A stretch of DNA of 64,000 nucleotides from Candidatus Latescibacterota bacterium (GCA_965222075.1 OZ244937.1:2944001-3008000), one strand, 5' to 3'. Shown: positions 30,811 through 41,160, counted from the first letter of the stretch. The notes: generated by a model from the sequence alone, not told the origin. Program-made: numbers and translations.

Positions 30811-31884
30811 ATGGCGTCCCGAAAGAGATTTCACTTCTCCCCCTCCCTTCACCACGGGCACCTCCTGAAACAGACCCAACAGGCCCTGGCCTACAAAGGC
30901 GGCGACGTCAAAACCTGGCAGCGTAAACTCCGTCGCAAACTCCGCGAACTGGTCGGCGAGATGCCCGATGAACCGGTTCCGCTCAACGTCCGGACCCTGT
31001 GGAAGCGGGACCACCCCCTCGGCGCCATCGAAAAGATCGTCTTCACCAGCGAGCCTTACGCCGACGTCCCCGCCTTCCTCTGCCTCCCGAAAAATGCAGC
31101 CCCCCCCTACACCACCTTCGTCTGCGTCCAGGGCCACTCCACCGGCATGCACAACTCCATCCGCGTAGACCGGGACGACAATACCCAGCCGATTGACGTC
31201 CCCGGCGACCGCGACTTCGGCCTCCTCTGCATGGAGCAGGGCATCGCCGCCCTCTGCATTGAACAGCGCTCCTTCGGTGAGCGGAGGGAACGCGACCAGA
31301 AAAAAACCGCCCGCCACGGCTGCCAGGACGCCACCATGCACGCCCTCATGCTCGGCCGCACCCTCATCGGCGAACGGGTCTACGACGTGGACCGCGGCAT
31401 CGACTACCTCAAAGCCCGGGGCGAGACCGACATGAACCGCATCGGGATCATGGGCAACTCTGGCGGCGGCACCATCAGCCTCTTCGCCGCCGCCCTCCTG
31501 CCCCGGATCCGGTATGCCATGCCCTCCTGCTACTTCTGTACCTTCAAAGACTCCATCATGTCGATCGGCCACTGCGTGGACAACTACCTCCCCCGCCTTC
31601 TCAAATACGCTGAAATGCCCGACGTCATGGGCCTCTTCGCCCCCAGACCGGTCGTCCTGGTGGCAGGCAAAGAGGACGGCATCTTCCCTATCGCCGGCGT
31701 CCGCAAAGCCTTCAGACACCTGAAAACCATCTACGCCGCCGCGGGCGCGGCCGGCCGGTGCCACCTCGTCGTGGGAGGGGAAGGGCACCGCTTCTACGCC
31801 AAAGAGGCCTGGCCTGAGATGCTGAAAGAGATCGCGCCGAAAGAAGGGAACGAAGCGCCATGCCGAAAAAATACTGGCTCATGA
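30811..31884 (+). CDS. Alpha/beta hydrolase (acetylxylan esterase/dienelactone hydrolase-like)
   Basis: GNSGGG nucleophile, EDGIFP, EGHRFY. Confidence 0.85.
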   Translation: MASRKRFHFSPSLHHGHLLKQTQQALAYKGGDVKTWQRKLRRKLRELVGEMPDEPVPLNVRTLWKRDHPLGAIEKIVFTSEPYADVPAFLCLPKNAAPPYTTFVCVQGHSTGMHNSIRVDRDDNTQPIDVPGDRDFGLLCMEQGIAALCIEQRSFGERRERDQKKTARHGCQDATMHALMLGRTLIGERVYDVDRGIDYLKARGETDMNRIGIMGNSGGGTISLFAAALLPRIRYAMPSCYFCTFKDSIMSIGHCVDNYLPRLLKYAEMPDVMGLFAPRPVVLVAGKEDGIFPIAGVRKAFRHLKTIYAAAGAAGRCHLVVGGEGHRFYAKEAWPEMLKEIAPKEGNEAPCRKNTGS

Positions 31885-32330
31885 AATGCGAATATGACGA
31901 ATGCACCTTTGACGAACTCAAAGCCAGACCCGACCGCATCGGCCGCTGGCGCGGCGTGCGTAACTATCAGGCCCGCAACTTCATCCGGGACGAAATGAGA
32001 ATCGGCGACCTCGCATTCTTCTACCAATCCAACTGCAGTGAACCGGGCACTGCGGGGCTGGTGGAAATCGTCCGGGAAGGCTACCCCGACCCGTCCCAGT
32101 TCGATCCCGAACAGACCTATTACGACCCCAAAGCCACCCAGGACAACCCCAGGTGGTTCTCCGTGGACGTCAAGTGGAAAAAGGCCTTCCAGACCTTCGT
32201 CCACCTCAAAGACCTCAAAGCCAACCCCGAACTCAAAGACATGAAAGCCGTCCAGAGAGGCCAACGCCTCTCCATCCAGCCGGTCACAAAAAAGGAATTT
32301 GACACCGTCTGCAAAATGGGCGGGGTGTGA
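31860..32330 (+). CDS. EVE domain protein
   Basis: YWLMKCE, WRGVRNYQARNF, FFYQSNC, YYDPK, RLSIQPV. Confidence 0.92.
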   Translation: MPKKYWLMKCEYDECTFDELKARPDRIGRWRGVRNYQARNFIRDEMRIGDLAFFYQSNCSEPGTAGLVEIVREGYPDPSQFDPEQTYYDPKATQDNPRWFSVDVKWKKAFQTFVHLKDLKANPELKDMKAVQRGQRLSIQPVTKKEFDTVCKMGGV

Positions 32331-32342
32331 ACAGAGGCAGAC

Positions 32343-35300
32343 ATGGCAAAATACGAACACATTCTGGACAATCGCCAGCGCAGCGTTGTCGACTATCTGC
32401 GGTCGCACCTGTCCGACGCCAACGGGTTTCGCCTCGTTTCGGCGTATTTCACCATTTACGGATACGAGGCCCTGGAACGCGAATTGCGCGGCGTTGAGGA
32501 TGTCCGCTTTCTCTTTGGCGATCCGGCCTCGGTCGGCGAGTTGGACCCGGGAGAAAAAGAGCGGAAATCCTTTGACCTGACCGAAGATGGGCTGTCGCCA
32601 CGACACGTTCTACAACAGAAGCATCTGGCGCGGAGGTGCGCTGATTGGGTACGACGCGAGGGCGTGAGCATACGTTCCATCGGCAAGTCCAACTTCCTTC
32701 ACGGCAAAATGTATCTGGTCGAATCATGCGACGGAGGCGCAGCGGTAGTCGGCAGTTCTAACTTTACAAAAAGAGGGCTTGGTCGCGACCAGGGTGCGAA
32801 CGTGGAAATCAATCTTTCAACCACCGATTCGACGATTCGTGCCGAACTGCGAGCATGGTTTGACGATCTCTGGACGAACAAGGATGTCACCTACGACGTC
32901 AAGGAAGACGTGCTCCTGGCTCTCAACAGGATTGGCGAGGACCATCCGCCGGAACTTATCTATTACAAGACTCTATATCAGTTGTTCCGCGATGACATAG
33001 AAGCAAGAGAAGCCAGAGACCAGAGGCTGGAAGACACTCACCTGTATGACACGGAAATCTGGAATACGCTGTACGACTTCCAGAAGGATGGCGCAAAAAG
33101 CGTGATTACACGCCTGTTGAGGCACAATGGCTGCATCCTGGCAGACAGCGTAGGATTGGGAAAGACATATACAGCACTGGCGGTAATCAAGTATTTTGAG
33201 TTGAGAAACGAGCGGGTGCTGGTATTGTGCCCAAAAAAGCTGCGGGAAAACTGGGCGCTGTATCCGGCCTATAACGCCCACGAGAACAATCCCTTTGAGA
33301 AAGACCGCTTTGGATACACGTTGCTATCGCATACTGACTTGTCCCGAAATAGCGGAAAATCGGGCGACATCGATCTGGCAAACTTCAATTGGCGCAATTT
33401 TGATATGGTGGTCATCGACGAATCCCATAATTTCAGGAATGACTCAAATCCCCGAAAGGATGAAGACGGCAAAACCCGCCACAGTCGCTATTCTCGTTTG
33501 CTGGAAGAGGTGATCAAGGAGGGCACAAAAACAAAAGTGCTAATGCTCTCGGCGACACCTGTAAACACCTCCCTCATCGATCTGCGCAATCAAATCTATC
33601 TGATGACCGAAAAGCGCGACAACGTGTTCCAGGATAGCCTGGGCATCGGCAATATTGGCGAGTTGCTGAAACAGGCCCAAAGGGAATTTAAATCGTGGGA
33701 GAACACGACTGCGCAGGACGGCAGGAAGGACAAAACGAAGCTGCTGGAACAACTGGGCGCAGACTTTTTCCAGTTGCTTGGTGGTGTCTCCATTGCCAGA
33801 TCCCGACGCCAGATTGAGACATTTTACTCAGACGAAATGAGTCGAATTGGTGAGTTTCCGATACAGTTGAGCCCCGAAAACCACCATCCACGGACCGACT
33901 TGACGGGCGGACTATCCTATCAGAGTCTGGCCGAACAGATAGAAGCGTTCGCCCTTTCGGTGTACAGGCCGTCCAGATACGTCGCGAGCGAAGAGGCAAA
34001 ACGACGTTTGGCGGATGAAAAACAAACTCTGAGATTCAACCAGGAGGACCGTGAGCGTTTTCTTATCGGCATGATCCGGACCAACTTCCTCAAGCGCCTG
34101 GAGAGTTCGGCCCACTCGCTTGCCGAAACGCTTGGTCGCACGGTCGGTAAGATTGACGACTTGCTCCAAAAAATAGACCGCTACGAACAAAACCAGCCGT
34201 TGGACGTGCAGGACACTCTCCCGGATGACGACGAAGACGATGAGGAGTTTCTGGTTAATCGGGCACGCAACCCCTATCACCTGCGAGAACTCGACCTGTC
34301 ACGCTGGAAGGCAGATCTATTGACAGATCGGGAAACGCTTGCTGCGGCATGGGAGAAAGTCCGGGGGATCTCACCCGATCGGGACGGAAAGCTGAGAAAG
34401 ATAAGGGCGCATATTCGAAACAGGGTGCTCAGCCCATCCACGGACAAGGATGGCAGGGTCAATCGCAAGATTTTGGTGTTTACGACCTTCAGAGATACGG
34501 CGGAATATCTGTACGAGAACCTGGCGAATTTGGCGAGCGAACTGGGGTTGAACATGGCGATAGTCTCAGGGGACGCAACGCGCACTACTTTCGACGACAA
34601 CAACTTCAACGCCATTCTGACCAACTTCTCGCCCCGGGCGCGTGGGCGTGCCAGCACCGCAAACGGGGAGATTGACTTACTAATCGCGACCGACTGCATC
34701 TCGGAGGGGCAAAACCTTCAAGATTGCGACACTGTTTTGAATTACGATATCCACTGGAATCCCATACGAATTATCCAGCGCTTCGGGCGGATTGACCGGA
34801 TCGGCAGTCGCAGCAAGGCAGTGCGGATGATCAATTACTGGCCTACCGACGATATGGAAGTCTACCTGCGCCTGCAAAGCCGTGTGCAGGCTCGAATGGC
34901 GCTTGCAGACGCGGCGGCAAGCGGCGCCGATGATCCCCTGGACGAAGACACATATGACGGGGTCCAGAGAGAACTGAATTTTCGCGACCGGCAACTTCAG
35001 CAACTTCGCGAGGAAGTGCTTGATCTGGACGAAGTCACGGATGGCGTCGTAATAAGTGATTTTACGCTTGATTACTTCTTTGCCCAACTGTTGCAGTATT
35101 TGGAGAAAAACAAGGCGGAACTGGAAGCAATGCCCAACGGGGCCTACGCAGTAACCGAAGGGGACGACGACACCAGGCGCCCGGGCGTGCTATTTTTCCT
35201 GCGCCAACGCAATGCCGGCACCGACAAGCGGGAAAAAACCGCCAGCCCGATACATCCGTATTATGCGGTGTACATACGCGACAACGGTGACATTCGCTAC

Positions 35301-35606
35301 GGTTGCGCAAGTGCCAGACAGGTGCTGGAGTTGTTTGAATCGGCGGCCATCGGAAAAACCGAGCCGCTGCAAAAACTCTGCGATCAGTTTGACCACGAAA
35401 CCCAAAACGGCAAAGACATGGCGCGTTACAACCAGCTATTGGCCGCGGTTATGGCCCACATCAGCAGGGCGAACAAAACGACGCGGAGTCGGCAACTGGG
35501 CATTCACGGGAGACGCGATGCCAGACTGCCCATCCAATCCGCCAACCCGCACAACAGCGATTTTGAGCTGGTAACCTGGCTCGTTATATTTGAACGCAAA
35601 GGCTGA
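32343..35606 (+). CDS. PLD-nuclease + SNF2-type helicase (R-M-associated family)
   Basis: LHGKMY...GSSNFT (PLD HxK), LADSVGLGKT, IDESHNFRN, LSATP, ISEGQNLQ, QRFGRIDRIG. Confidence 0.9.
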   Translation: MAKYEHILDNRQRSVVDYLRSHLSDANGFRLVSAYFTIYGYEALERELRGVEDVRFLFGDPASVGELDPGEKERKSFDLTEDGLSPRHVLQQKHLARRCADWVRREGVSIRSIGKSNFLHGKMYLVESCDGGAAVVGSSNFTKRGLGRDQGANVEINLSTTDSTIRAELRAWFDDLWTNKDVTYDVKEDVLLALNRIGEDHPPELIYYKTLYQLFRDDIEAREARDQRLEDTHLYDTEIWNTLYDFQKDGAKSVITRLLRHNGCILADSVGLGKTYTALAVIKYFELRNERVLVLCPKKLRENWALYPAYNAHENNPFEKDRFGYTLLSHTDLSRNSGKSGDIDLANFNWRNFDMVVIDESHNFRNDSNPRKDEDGKTRHSRYSRLLEEVIKEGTKTKVLMLSATPVNTSLIDLRNQIYLMTEKRDNVFQDSLGIGNIGELLKQAQREFKSWENTTAQDGRKDKTKLLEQLGADFFQLLGGVSIARSRRQIETFYSDEMSRIGEFPIQLSPENHHPRTDLTGGLSYQSLAEQIEAFALSVYRPSRYVASEEAKRRLADEKQTLRFNQEDRERFLIGMIRTNFLKRLESSAHSLAETLGRTVGKIDDLLQKIDRYEQNQPLDVQDTLPDDDEDDEEFLVNRARNPYHLRELDLSRWKADLLTDRETLAAAWEKVRGISPDRDGKLRKIRAHIRNRVLSPSTDKDGRVNRKILVFTTFRDTAEYLYENLANLASELGLNMAIVSGDATRTTFDDNNFNAILTNFSPRARGRASTANGEIDLLIATDCISEGQNLQDCDTVLNYDIHWNPIRIIQRFGRIDRIGSRSKAVRMINYWPTDDMEVYLRLQSRVQARMALADAAASGADDPLDEDTYDGVQRELNFRDRQLQQLREEVLDLDEVTDGVVISDFTLDYFFAQLLQYLEKNKAELEAMPNGAYAVTEGDDDTRRPGVLFFLRQRNAGTDKREKTASPIHPYYAVYIRDNGDIRYGCASARQVLELFESAAIGKTEPLQKLCDQFDHETQNGKDMARYNQLLAAVMAHISRANKTTRSRQLGIHGRRDARLPIQSANPHNSDFELVTWLVIFERKG

Positions 35607-35618
35607 CAACAGGTCAAC

Positions 35619-36854
35619 ATGAGCGGAGCAATCGCAATGCCGGATTTCACAGAAGAAGAGCTACTGCAAATCATCGCAGCCGGCGAAGCTGACCGCGTCG
35701 AATTCAAGGAGTCTTTGTCCGGTGACGCCGCCACCAGGATCAGGGAAGCCATCTGCGCTTTTGCCAACGACCTGCCCGACCACGGAAAACCCGGTCTCGT
35801 CTTCGTCGGAGTAAGGGACAACAAAACGATCGGGGATATATCGGTCACAAACCAATTGCTCCGACAGTTGGCCGATATGAAAACCGACGGCAATATCGTG
35901 CCGCCGCCATCGCTGACCGTTGAAAAGCGGGTGCTGCAAGGCAAAGAAGTGGCGCTGATCACAGTGCAACCCTCCAACTCGCCGCCGGTTCGCTGCAAAG
36001 GAGCCATCCACATCCGCATCGGCCCGCGCCGCGGCATCGCCACATCTCAGGATGAAAGGATGCTCAACGAAAAGCGGCGATACGGAGACCGCCCTTTCGA
36101 CCTCCAGCCAATTCCTACCGCCGGCTTGCCCGACCTCAATCTGACCCAGTTTGAGAACGAATACTTAACCGCAGCATTTCCGGATGAGGTACTGGCAGCA
36201 AACGATCGCAGCCTGAATGAGCAACTCGCCGCGACAAAAATGATCGTCGCTGCCGACCAGCCCACCGCGACCGTGCTGGGCATACTCACGATCGGCAAAA
36301 ACCCGCAGGATTTTCTGCCAGGTGCTTATGTGCAATTCCTCAGAATTAATGGCAACGAATATGCTAATGAAATAATTGATGCCGAAGAGATACGCGGTGC
36401 CATTCCAGAGCTTCTTCGCCATCTCGAAGAAAAACTGACGGCCCACAATCGCATCGCTGTGGATATCACAACGAGCTACATTGAACAACGAACTGAGCTG
36501 TACCCTATGGAAGCGTTGCACCAGATCACCCGCAACGCAGTGATGCACAGGACGTACGAAACAACCAACGCGCCGGTTCATGTCTATTGGTTCAATGACC
36601 GTATTGAGGTGATGAGCCCCGGTGGCGCGTTCGGGGCGGTGACAATCGAGAGCTTTGGGAAACCGGGATTGGTCGATTACCGCAACCCCAACCTGGCGGA
36701 ATCCATGAAAACACTGGGATATGTCCAGCGTTTTGGCGTAGGAATACCAATCGCCAAACGGCAGTTGGCGGCCGCGGGACATCCGGAACCTGAATTCGAT
36801 ATTTCCGATCACTTTGTGTCGGTAACGGTAAGGGGCAGGGGAGCAAAACAATGA
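35619..36854 (+). CDS. AlbA_2 (Schlafen-like) + HATPase_c_4 domain protein
   Basis: GEADRVEFKES, ICAFAN, FVGVRD; NAVMHRTY, RIEVMSPGG, YRNPNLA, GVGI. Confidence 0.85.
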   Translation: MSGAIAMPDFTEEELLQIIAAGEADRVEFKESLSGDAATRIREAICAFANDLPDHGKPGLVFVGVRDNKTIGDISVTNQLLRQLADMKTDGNIVPPPSLTVEKRVLQGKEVALITVQPSNSPPVRCKGAIHIRIGPRRGIATSQDERMLNEKRRYGDRPFDLQPIPTAGLPDLNLTQFENEYLTAAFPDEVLAANDRSLNEQLAATKMIVAADQPTATVLGILTIGKNPQDFLPGAYVQFLRINGNEYANEIIDAEEIRGAIPELLRHLEEKLTAHNRIAVDITTSYIEQRTELYPMEALHQITRNAVMHRTYETTNAPVHVYWFNDRIEVMSPGGAFGAVTIESFGKPGLVDYRNPNLAESMKTLGYVQRFGVGIPIAKRQLAAAGHPEPEFDISDHFVSVTVRGRGAKQ

Positions 36855-37894
36855 CCGTTCCCGTTTTGACTTTCTTCAACAACAAGAGCGGCGTCGGCAA
36901 AACTTCCCTTGTCTACCATCTGGCGTGGATGCTGTCCGACATCGGTTATCGGGTATTGGCCTGTGACCTGGACCCGCAGGCGAACCTCACCGCTGCATTT
37001 CTGAATGAAGAACAGTTGGAAAAGCTGTGGGACGAAGACAACGATGCCTCCGGGCGGACCATCCTGCAGTGCGTCCGGCCTTTGACGAAAGTAGGCGACA
37101 TTGAGGCCCCTACACTCGCAAATATCAGTCCTGCGCTGAGTCTGATACCAGGAGACTTAGCTTTGGCCGGATTTGAAGACACCCTCTCGTCAGAATGGCC
37201 CAACGCATTGGGCTCCGGCGAACTCTACCGCCCCTTCCGTATTCTGACTGCCTTCTCGACCGTCATGCAATCCGGGGCAAAACAGATGAACGCCTCGGTC
37301 ATCCTGGCCGACGTCGGCCCCAATCTTGGTGCGATTAACCGCTCCGCATTGATTGCCACCGATTACATCATCGTTCCGCTGGGTACCGACCTGTTTTCAC
37401 TCCAGGGCCTGCGCAACCTCGGCCCGACGCTGAATCGGTGGCGGCAAGACTGGCAGCGGCGAAGGGACAACTGGAGACAACCGGGCTTTCCACTGCCGGA
37501 TGGGGAGATGCAACCCGTCGGCTATGTGGTACAACAGCACGGCGTACGCCTGAGCCGCCCCGTCAAGGCGTATGACAAGTGGGTCAATCGAATGCCGGAA
37601 GAATACGCCCGCAACCTGCGCGGCGATAACGAAGGACCTTACCCCGCGACACCGGCACAAGATGAAGAACACGCCCTCGCCACCGTCAAGCACTACCGGA
37701 GCTTAGTGCCAATGGCTCAGGAAGCGCGCAAGCCCATTTTTCACCTCACCACGGCCGACGGTGCCATTGGCAGCCATGCCGCCGCTGCAAATGACGCACG
37801 CCGGGATTTCAGGGATTTGGCGAAGAAGATCGTACAAAGAATCAAGCTCAGGGACCTGCGGAGCACAGGAAAAGAGGCAACATGGAAAACGTAA
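36851..37894 (+). CDS. ParA-like (AAA_31) ATPase
   Basis: FFNNKSGVGKT, DLDPQANLT, DVGPNLGAINR; ATGA overlap with the upstream gene. Confidence 0.87.
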   Translation: MTVPVLTFFNNKSGVGKTSLVYHLAWMLSDIGYRVLACDLDPQANLTAAFLNEEQLEKLWDEDNDASGRTILQCVRPLTKVGDIEAPTLANISPALSLIPGDLALAGFEDTLSSEWPNALGSGELYRPFRILTAFSTVMQSGAKQMNASVILADVGPNLGAINRSALIATDYIIVPLGTDLFSLQGLRNLGPTLNRWRQDWQRRRDNWRQPGFPLPDGEMQPVGYVVQQHGVRLSRPVKAYDKWVNRMPEEYARNLRGDNEGPYPATPAQDEEHALATVKHYRSLVPMAQEARKPIFHLTTADGAIGSHAAAANDARRDFRDLAKKIVQRIKLRDLRSTGKEATWKT

Positions 37895-38028
37895 AAGAAG
37901 ATATAGGCGCCGCCAAAGCTGCCGATCCGACGGCGGACACCAGCGAGCAGGAAGCGGAGATAGATCAACAGGTCTATACACTGTACGGACTGACGGCGGA
38001 AGAGATCGCGGCGGTGGAAACTGTCTGA
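37882..38028 (+). pseudogene. 48-aa collapsed type IIG (Eco57I-like) R-M gene: start fused to C-terminal tail
   Basis: GAGG RBS; MENVKEDIGAAKAADPTADTSEQEAEIDQQVYTLYGLTAEEIAAVETV*. Confidence 0.7.
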
Positions 38029-38031
38029 ATC

Positions 38032-38315
38032 AGGATTATCAGGATGATAGGATTTTCAGGATGGAGGGATAGGTGGTTAAGCAGAGAGGAGGGGGTTCAG
38101 GATGAGCAGGATGGGAGGATGGGAGAATGAATGGATAAGTGGAGGGCAGAGTTTTCAAGATGGGAGGATTATCAGGATGATAGGATTTTCAGGATGGAGG
38201 GATAGGTGGTTAAGCAGAGAGGAGGGGGTTCAGGATGAGCAGGATGGGAGGATGGGAGAATGAATGGATAAGTGGAGGGCAGAGTTTTCAAGATGGGAGG
38301 ATTATCAGGATGATA
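38032..38315. repeat. 133-bp purine-rich tandem duplication (2 copies + 18 bp)
   Basis: aggattatcaggatgata recurs at 38032, 38165 and 38298 with identical intervening sequence. Confidence 0.93.
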
Positions 38316-38319
38316 CAGG

Positions 38320-38715
38320 ATGATAAATGATCCGCTGACATATAAGATTATTGGTTGTGCTATGAAAGTACACAATACGCTTGGGAATGGGTTTCAGGAA
38401 GTTATTTATCAGAGGTGCCTCGCTATTGAGTTGGAACGGACTGGAATCGATTTCAGTCGGGAGGTGGAGCAGACGATTTTTTATGATGGCATTGTAGTGG
38501 GAACGAGAAGAGCCGACTTTGTTGTCGCTAATCAAGTTGTGGTTGAGTTAAAAGCGGTCATTGAGCTGGCGGATGTTCACATTGCACAGGTGAAAAACTA
38601 TGTGGTGGCGTACGATTTTAATCTCGGTCTTTTGATCAACTTCGGGACAGAAAGTCTGGAATACAGACGGATATTCAACACGAAAAAGAATCCTGCAAAT
38701 CCAAAAATCCAGTAA
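38320..38715 (+). CDS. GxxExxY protein (PD-(D/E)xK-like)
   Basis: LGNGFQEVIY, RRADFVV, VELKA, GLLINFG. Confidence 0.92.
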   Translation: MINDPLTYKIIGCAMKVHNTLGNGFQEVIYQRCLAIELERTGIDFSREVEQTIFYDGIVVGTRRADFVVANQVVVELKAVIELADVHIAQVKNYVVAYDFNLGLLINFGTESLEYRRIFNTKKNPANPKIQ

Positions 38716-38716
38716 A

Positions 38717-38774
38717 GAAATCGCTCGAATCGGACGATCCCCGGCCAAAAGCCGGGGCATTCTGCGAGATTTTC
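38717..38774. repeat. 58-bp imperfect palindrome, copy A
   Basis: gaaatcgctcgaatcggacgatccccggccaaaagccggggcattctgcgagattttc flanked by GTAA. Confidence 0.9.
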
Positions 38775-38860
38775 GTAACCATACACCGTTTGCCAACGCC
38801 CAAACGTCGGCGGCAACACCTTCCACTGGCAGCCGATTTTGGTCCGGTAGAGGATGCCAG

Positions 38861-38914
38861 TATGAGCTGTACAGACTGACAGCGGAAGAAGTCGCGGCAG
38901 TGGAGGAGCGGTAG
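38861..38914 (+). pseudogene. Orphan type IIG R-M C-terminal tail, copy 2
   Basis: YELYRLTAEEVAAVEER*. Confidence 0.65.
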
Positions 38915-38923
38915 GGTTGACAG

Positions 38924-39085
38924 ATGAGGAACTCGTTCATCCGCCTGGCAGACCGCATCCTGACGGCCAAATCCGCCGACCCGAAGGCCAATACCAGTGA
39001 GCTGGAAGCGGAGATAGATCGGCTGGTCTATGCGCTGTACGGCCTGACGGAGGAAGAAATAGCAACAATAGAGGTGAAGATATGA
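38924..39085 (+). pseudogene. Orphan type IIG R-M C-terminal tail, copy 3
   Basis: MRNSFIRLADRILTAKSADPKANTSELEAEIDRLVYALYGLTEEEIATIEVKI*; stop overlaps the next ATG. Confidence 0.75.
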
Positions 39086-40496
39086 AAATCAGCGTGAAAA
39101 ATCTGGGCGTCCTGAAGCAGGCGGAATTTGAACTGGGCGAGTTGACCCTTATTTGCGGCGGCAATAATACGGGCAAAACCTACGCGACGTACGCCCTGTT
39201 TGGCTTTTTACGGCGCTGGGAACATTTGTTGAAAGTCGAAATTCCCAGTCAGGCTATTGACGCCCTACTGAGGGACGGCGTAACGCGGGTTGATATTGAG
39301 CCCTATGCCATCATGGAAGCGAACGACATCCTTAGACAGGGTTGCCGAGAGTACACCCGGCGACTCCCGAGAGTCTTTGCTTCGAAACCGGACCGCTTCA
39401 AAGACGCGACATTTCAAGTGTCTCTTGAACCGGAAACAATATCATCGATAAAGAGCCGTGCTTTTGAGCGCAGAAGAGGATCTGCCGAAGACGATCTTCT
39501 CTCCCTGTCCAAGTCTGAAGGAGAAAAGGACCTGGTGATCTCGCTACTGATGGACAAGGGGAAAAGAGCATTGCCCGCTGAAATGATTAAGGAAATAATC
39601 TCAGACGGGATTGTTGAATTACTCTTCGACCAATTTTTTCCCCGGCCTTTTATCGCCAGCACAGAGCGCACCGGCGCGGCAATTTTTCGCAAGGAACTGA
39701 ATTTTGCCCGAAACCGCTTGCTGGAAGAAATGAGTCGAGCGGATGAAAACATTAACCCGATGGAATTGTTGTTCAAGTCCTACCAGGACTATCCCTTGCC
39801 TGTCAAAGTCAACGTGGACTTTATCCGGCAACTTGAGAACGTTGCCAAAGAAGACAGCTTTCTTGTCGAAAACCATCATACTGAATGATTTCGCCGACAT
39901 CATCGGTGGCGAATACATCGCGGAAAGTAATGACACGATTTACTTCAAGCCCGCACGCAGACAACTGAAGCTGACAATGGACGAAAGTTCCAGCGCGGTG
40001 CGTTCCCTGTTGGATCGCGGGAATTGACACGATTTTTATTTGAGTCATGTCGCAAAATGTCGCAAAACCTGGCGACCTGCTGATGGTAGATGAGCCGGAA
40101 TTAAACCTGCACCCGGAAAATCAGCGTCGCATGGCTCGGCTCTTTGCGCGGTTGGTAAATCTGGGTATCCGCGTCTTCGTGACCACGCACAGCGACTATA
40201 TTGTCAAGGAACTCAACACCCTGATTATGTTGAATCAGAACAAGCCCTACCTGAAGCAAATCGCGCAAGAGGAAGGCTACCAAACCGAAGAGCTTATAGC
40301 TGCTGAAAAAATCAGGGTTTATATCGCAGAGAAAGCGTTGGTGAAGCTGGAAAACAAAAGCAGGAGAAGCCGACACCCAACGCTCGTGCCAACCAGGATA
40401 GACCCAGAGTTGGGGATTGAGGCACGTAGTTTCGACGAGACCATCAATAAAATGAATGAGATTCAGGAAGCCATTGTGTGGGGTGGAGATGAATGA
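39082..40496 (+). pseudogene. AAA_15/AAA_21 ABC-type ATPase, disrupted
   Basis: GGNNTGKT Walker A, ESSSAVRSL signature, VDEPELNLHP Walker B and TTHS fall in separate ORF pieces; lesions near 39875 and 40015-40060 include a 10-bp duplication (atgtcgcaaa). Confidence 0.85.
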
Positions 40497-41080
40497 TGTC
40501 CGACTTTGATATATTACGAGATTTGATTCGGGATGAGACGTTGGCCTCGGTTGAGTGTCAACATGGCAAAAAGATTATCGTCCTGGAGGAACCTGGCAAT
40601 CAACAACAATCAGCATATTCCCTGAAGATATGCAACGTGCCGGATGACATTATCGCGTTCAAAGCGGATGCTTTCCCGCCGCCAAACAGTATTTTCAAAA
40701 ACAGCAAAGGAGAATGTAAGCGGGCCGATTTTGTGGTCATCGCCAGTGACGACAAAGCAAACTGGATTGTTTACATAGAAATGAAAAGTGGCAAAGGCGA
40801 TTCGGAAAAAGAAATCGAGCAACAATTGCGTGGAGCACAATGCCTTGTCGCCTACTGCCGCGCCATTGGTCAGGAATTCTGGCAAGAGCCGAAATTCCTT
40901 GAAAAAAAGAATTACCAACAGCGTTTTATCAGCGTTAAAAATATTGGGATACCAAAACGGCCAACACAAATGCGGCCAGAATCCGGTCAGCACGACACGC
41001 CGGAACGTATGCTGAAAATCAACGCGCCAGCTGAAGGCGACCTGCGATTTAACAAACTGGTCGGATCAAATCGTGGTTGA
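40493..41080 (+). CDS. Hypothetical PD-(D/E)xK-like nuclease, partner of the ATPase
   Basis: CKRADFVV...YIEMKS; ATGA overlap with the ATPase. Confidence 0.6.
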   Translation: MMSDFDILRDLIRDETLASVECQHGKKIIVLEEPGNQQQSAYSLKICNVPDDIIAFKADAFPPPNSIFKNSKGECKRADFVVIASDDKANWIVYIEMKSGKGDSEKEIEQQLRGAQCLVAYCRAIGQEFWQEPKFLEKKNYQQRFISVKNIGIPKRPTQMRPESGQHDTPERMLKINAPAEGDLRFNKLVGSNRG

Positions 41081-41102
41081 GTAAATCCCAAAATCCAGTA
41101 AA

Positions 41103-41160
41103 GAAATCGCTCGAATCGGACGACCTCCGGCCAAAGGCCGGGGCATTCTGCGAGATTTTC
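41103..41160. repeat. 58-bp imperfect palindrome, copy B
   Basis: Near-identical to 38717-38774; flanked by GTAAA on both sides and followed by tcctgatcctgacaa. Confidence 0.9.

Noticed and set aside
38032-38315. Possible CRISPR array
   Set aside because: The segments between repeats are identical rather than unique spacers, and there are no cas genes.
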